A stretch of 64,000 nt of DNA from Candidatus Gastranaerophilales bacterium (GTDB lineage: Bacteria > Cyanobacteriota > Vampirovibrionia > Gastranaerophilales > JANQFW01): assembly GCA_028277625.1 (NCBI GenBank), contig JANQFW010000089.1, forward strand, positions 15,815 to 79,814. The letters are read 5' to 3'. Positions 62,317 through 64,000 of the stretch are shown here, in pieces (position 1 is the first letter of the stretch; the number at the start of each line of letters is the position of its first letter). The notes below the pieces were generated by a model. It had not been told where the DNA came from, did not search any database, and saw only the letters and a list, made by a program, of their open reading frames with translations. Made by a program: the position numbers and the translations under genes.

Positions 62317-62400
62317 GGCAATTTAGAAATTGTTTTTGTTTTTATAATATTGTGAGATAAGTGAGAGCCAAAGTGGGTATAATTATTATTTAATTTGTGT
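62317..62400 (+). repeat. duplicated promoter/leader block, copy 1
   Basis: GGCAATTTAGAAATTGTTTTTGTTTTTATAATATTGTGAGATAAGTGAGAG...GGGTATAATT aligns with 63116-63200. Contains GCAATT (62318-23)-N19-TATAAT (62343-48). Confidence 0.6.
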
Positions 62401-62505
62401 TCAAAAAATGTAAAATTTAAATAATTATCCAACTGTAACATTTTTAAGCTTTTATTTATTTTTTGTAAAGATGAGGTAGTTTTAAAAGGTGTAGGAGGTA
62501 CACAA

Positions 62506-62916
62506 ATGGCAGTATCAGGTATGAATTCTGGACGTACTTACTCTGGAGAGGTTATGGATTTTTTAAAAGGAGGATTTAAGGATAAAAAAGCTTTGTTTGG
62601 TCAGGCGAAAGATTTTATAGCGTTAAAAGATACAGATAAAAATGGAACGATTTCAAAGGAGGAAGCCTTATTTAAAACTAAAGGCAAGATGCAACATGAT
62701 ATAGAAAAAATGTTTAAAAGAGTTGACCTGGATAAAGATGGTGAGCTTGATTATAAAGAGCTGGCATCCTTCAAGTTTTCGGCAGATGTAGATAGAAATA
62801 ATAATGTTACTAATAAAGAAGCGACAAATGCTTATGATGTTTCGATTGATGGTAAAGAAGGCTTTGTTAAAAATATATTAAGAAGTGCTTATACTCTTTT
62901 GGATTTAGGCTCTTAG
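62506..62916 (+). CDS. EF-hand calcium-binding protein
   Basis: Three canonical 12-residue loops: DTDKNGTISKEE, DLDKDGELDYKE, DVDRNNNVTNKE. GTAGGAGG RBS. Confidence 0.75.
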   Translation: MAVSGMNSGRTYSGEVMDFLKGGFKDKKALFGQAKDFIALKDTDKNGTISKEEALFKTKGKMQHDIEKMFKRVDLDKDGELDYKELASFKFSADVDRNNNVTNKEATNAYDVSIDGKEGFVKNILRSAYTLLDLGS

Positions 62917-63115
62917 TTTTTTATTAAATATCACAAGGTATTAAATAATTAGCATAAAGTAATTACTTTTATATATCTTAAGGTAAAAAGCTATAATATT
63001 AGTAAGTATTCAAGTTACCATTAATAAGATTTATTAGGAAATAAAACTATAGATATAAAAATTCATCCCCTTTGAGATACAAATCAAAGGGGATTAGTCA
63101 TATGGTATTCAGTTT

Positions 63116-63200
63116 GGCAATTTAGAAGTTTATTTTGTTTTTATAATATTGTAAGGTAGTGAGGATTAAATATGGTATAATTGGTATTCAGCTTGTGTAT
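63116..63200 (+). repeat. duplicated promoter/leader block, copy 2
   Basis: GGCAATTTAGAAGTTTATTTTGTTTTTATAATATTGTAAGGTAGTGAGG...TGGTATAATT. Contains GCAATT (63117-22)-N19-TATAAT (63142-47). A weak AAGCTT/AAGCTT hairpin plus T8 follows at 63231-63259. Confidence 0.6.
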
Positions 63201-63319
63201 TAAAGAAAATAAATAATAAGTAAAGTTAGTAAGCTTGAAATATTTTTAAGCTTTTTTTTATTAATTTTGCATATATTTGACTTTTAAAAAGTGAATCTTA
63301 ATAGATAGGAGTTTTTAGT

Positions 63320-64000
63320 ATGTTAACTGGTATTTCTTTGGATAAAGGTAGGATACAAAAAGCATTCAAGGTCGTTGAAAATAATTTTGATTATTTTGAC
63401 ACAGTAGGAGGAGGAGAAGAGGATAGTGTATTTAATCTTTCTAGTATAGCAGTTGCAGCAATAGATGAAAATGCAGATAAAAGTATTAAAGAAGCTGCAA
63501 TGATTCTCTTAAGTAATCAGTACTTTTTAAACTCTTTCCTGAATGAAAAAAAAGAAAAATATCCTATAAAAGAAGATGTAGAGGGGATGTTAGACTTATA
63601 TTTGACTGATTGGTATTTTAATATTTCAGATGAAGAGGACGGTAAGCGAGACGGTAAAATTCATAAGTCTGTTATGCCCAAGAATCCATTTAATAGTGCT
63701 ACTTCTAACGATGATGTCTACAAGGGGGGGGGCTTTTCTCAAGAAATGCTTGATGATATAAGCAAGGATGATGATTATATAACAAAAGATGAATTGTTAA
63801 TGTTTGAAAAATCATTGAGAGGGTTTAGTAAACATGACATCGAAAATTTTGATAAGTCGTTCTCTAAACATATTAGTGATGGAAAAGTGGAAAGTTTAAT
63901 AGGATATAACCATTTTGCAACGGCACTAGTTGCTCTTAATGATAAGTCTATAGGTAAAAAAATTATTAAGGAATCTATAAAAAGAGGTGAAGGAGGATTT
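63320..64000 (+). CDS. hypothetical acidic protein with degenerate EF-hand-like loops (partial, runs off the right edge)
   Basis: ATG at 63320 after a GGAG RBS. I read 227 codons to the window end with no stop. Absent from the ORF track because no stop is reached. Contains a G9 run at 63724-63732. Confidence 0.5.
   Translation, partial: MLTGISLDKGRIQKAFKVVENNFDYFDTVGGGEEDSVFNLSSIAVAAIDENADKSIKEAAMILLSNQYFLNSFLNEKKEKYPIKEDVEGMLDLYLTDWYFNISDEEDGKRDGKIHKSVMPKNPFNSATSNDDVYKGGGFSQEMLDDISKDDDYITKDELLMFEKSLRGFSKHDIENFDKSFSKHISDGKVESLIGYNHFATALVALNDKSIGKKIIKESIKRGEGGF

Overview
Visibly AT-rich, densely coding bacterial chromosomal window spanning the replication-origin neighbourhood.

Core content, in order:
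- trpS, two methyl-accepting chemotaxis proteins and two tandem CheY-like receivers.
- An 11-gene co-directional flagellar block on the minus strand: SLT lytic transglycosylase, flgF, flgG, flgA, flgH, flgI, a rod-binding FlgJ-type fragment, orf70, flgN-like, flgK, flgL. L and P rings imply a diderm envelope.
- DUF721-recF-dnaN followed by a cluster of eight TTTTCTACA-type DnaA boxes with no dnaA gene (candidate oriC), then proBA.
- rpmH-rnpA-yidD (minus strand) and yidC-mnmE (plus strand), separated by about 9 kb of accessory genes: a GH13 enzyme with a long N-terminal extension, a CAT-like acyltransferase, a secreted TrbI-like/glycine-zipper protein and a 708-aa proline-rich membrane protein.
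- RNase HIII, a SAM methyltransferase, a Wza/KpsD-like polysaccharide exporter, a uridine-kinase-like P-loop kinase plus a decayed duplicate fragment, a Ski2/HelY-like helicase, NupC, a TolC-like OMP, a signal-peptide-less S8 subtilase with a stand-alone copy of its prodomain, FolE2 and EF-hand proteins.

I recognised no rRNA, tRNA, CRISPR array, transposase or integrase.

The most unusual material is non-coding:
- Two families of paralogous 'promoter - short transcript - intrinsic terminator' units (3 + 3 copies). They share an exact GCA(A/C/T)TT-N19-TATA(A/T)(T/A) promoter architecture with the leaders of two EF-hand genes.
- A roughly 50% G+C structured element in front of a tiny ORF.
- An 83-bp direct repeat bracketing a 1.8-kb block of orphan ORFs.
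- A 162-bp tandem duplication of a 5' leader that includes the start codon.

oriC beside dnaN without dnaA, boxes one base from the cyanobacterial TTTTCCACA type, and a HelY-type helicase recall the cyanobacterial lineage and its non-photosynthetic relatives. That taxonomic guess is inference only.
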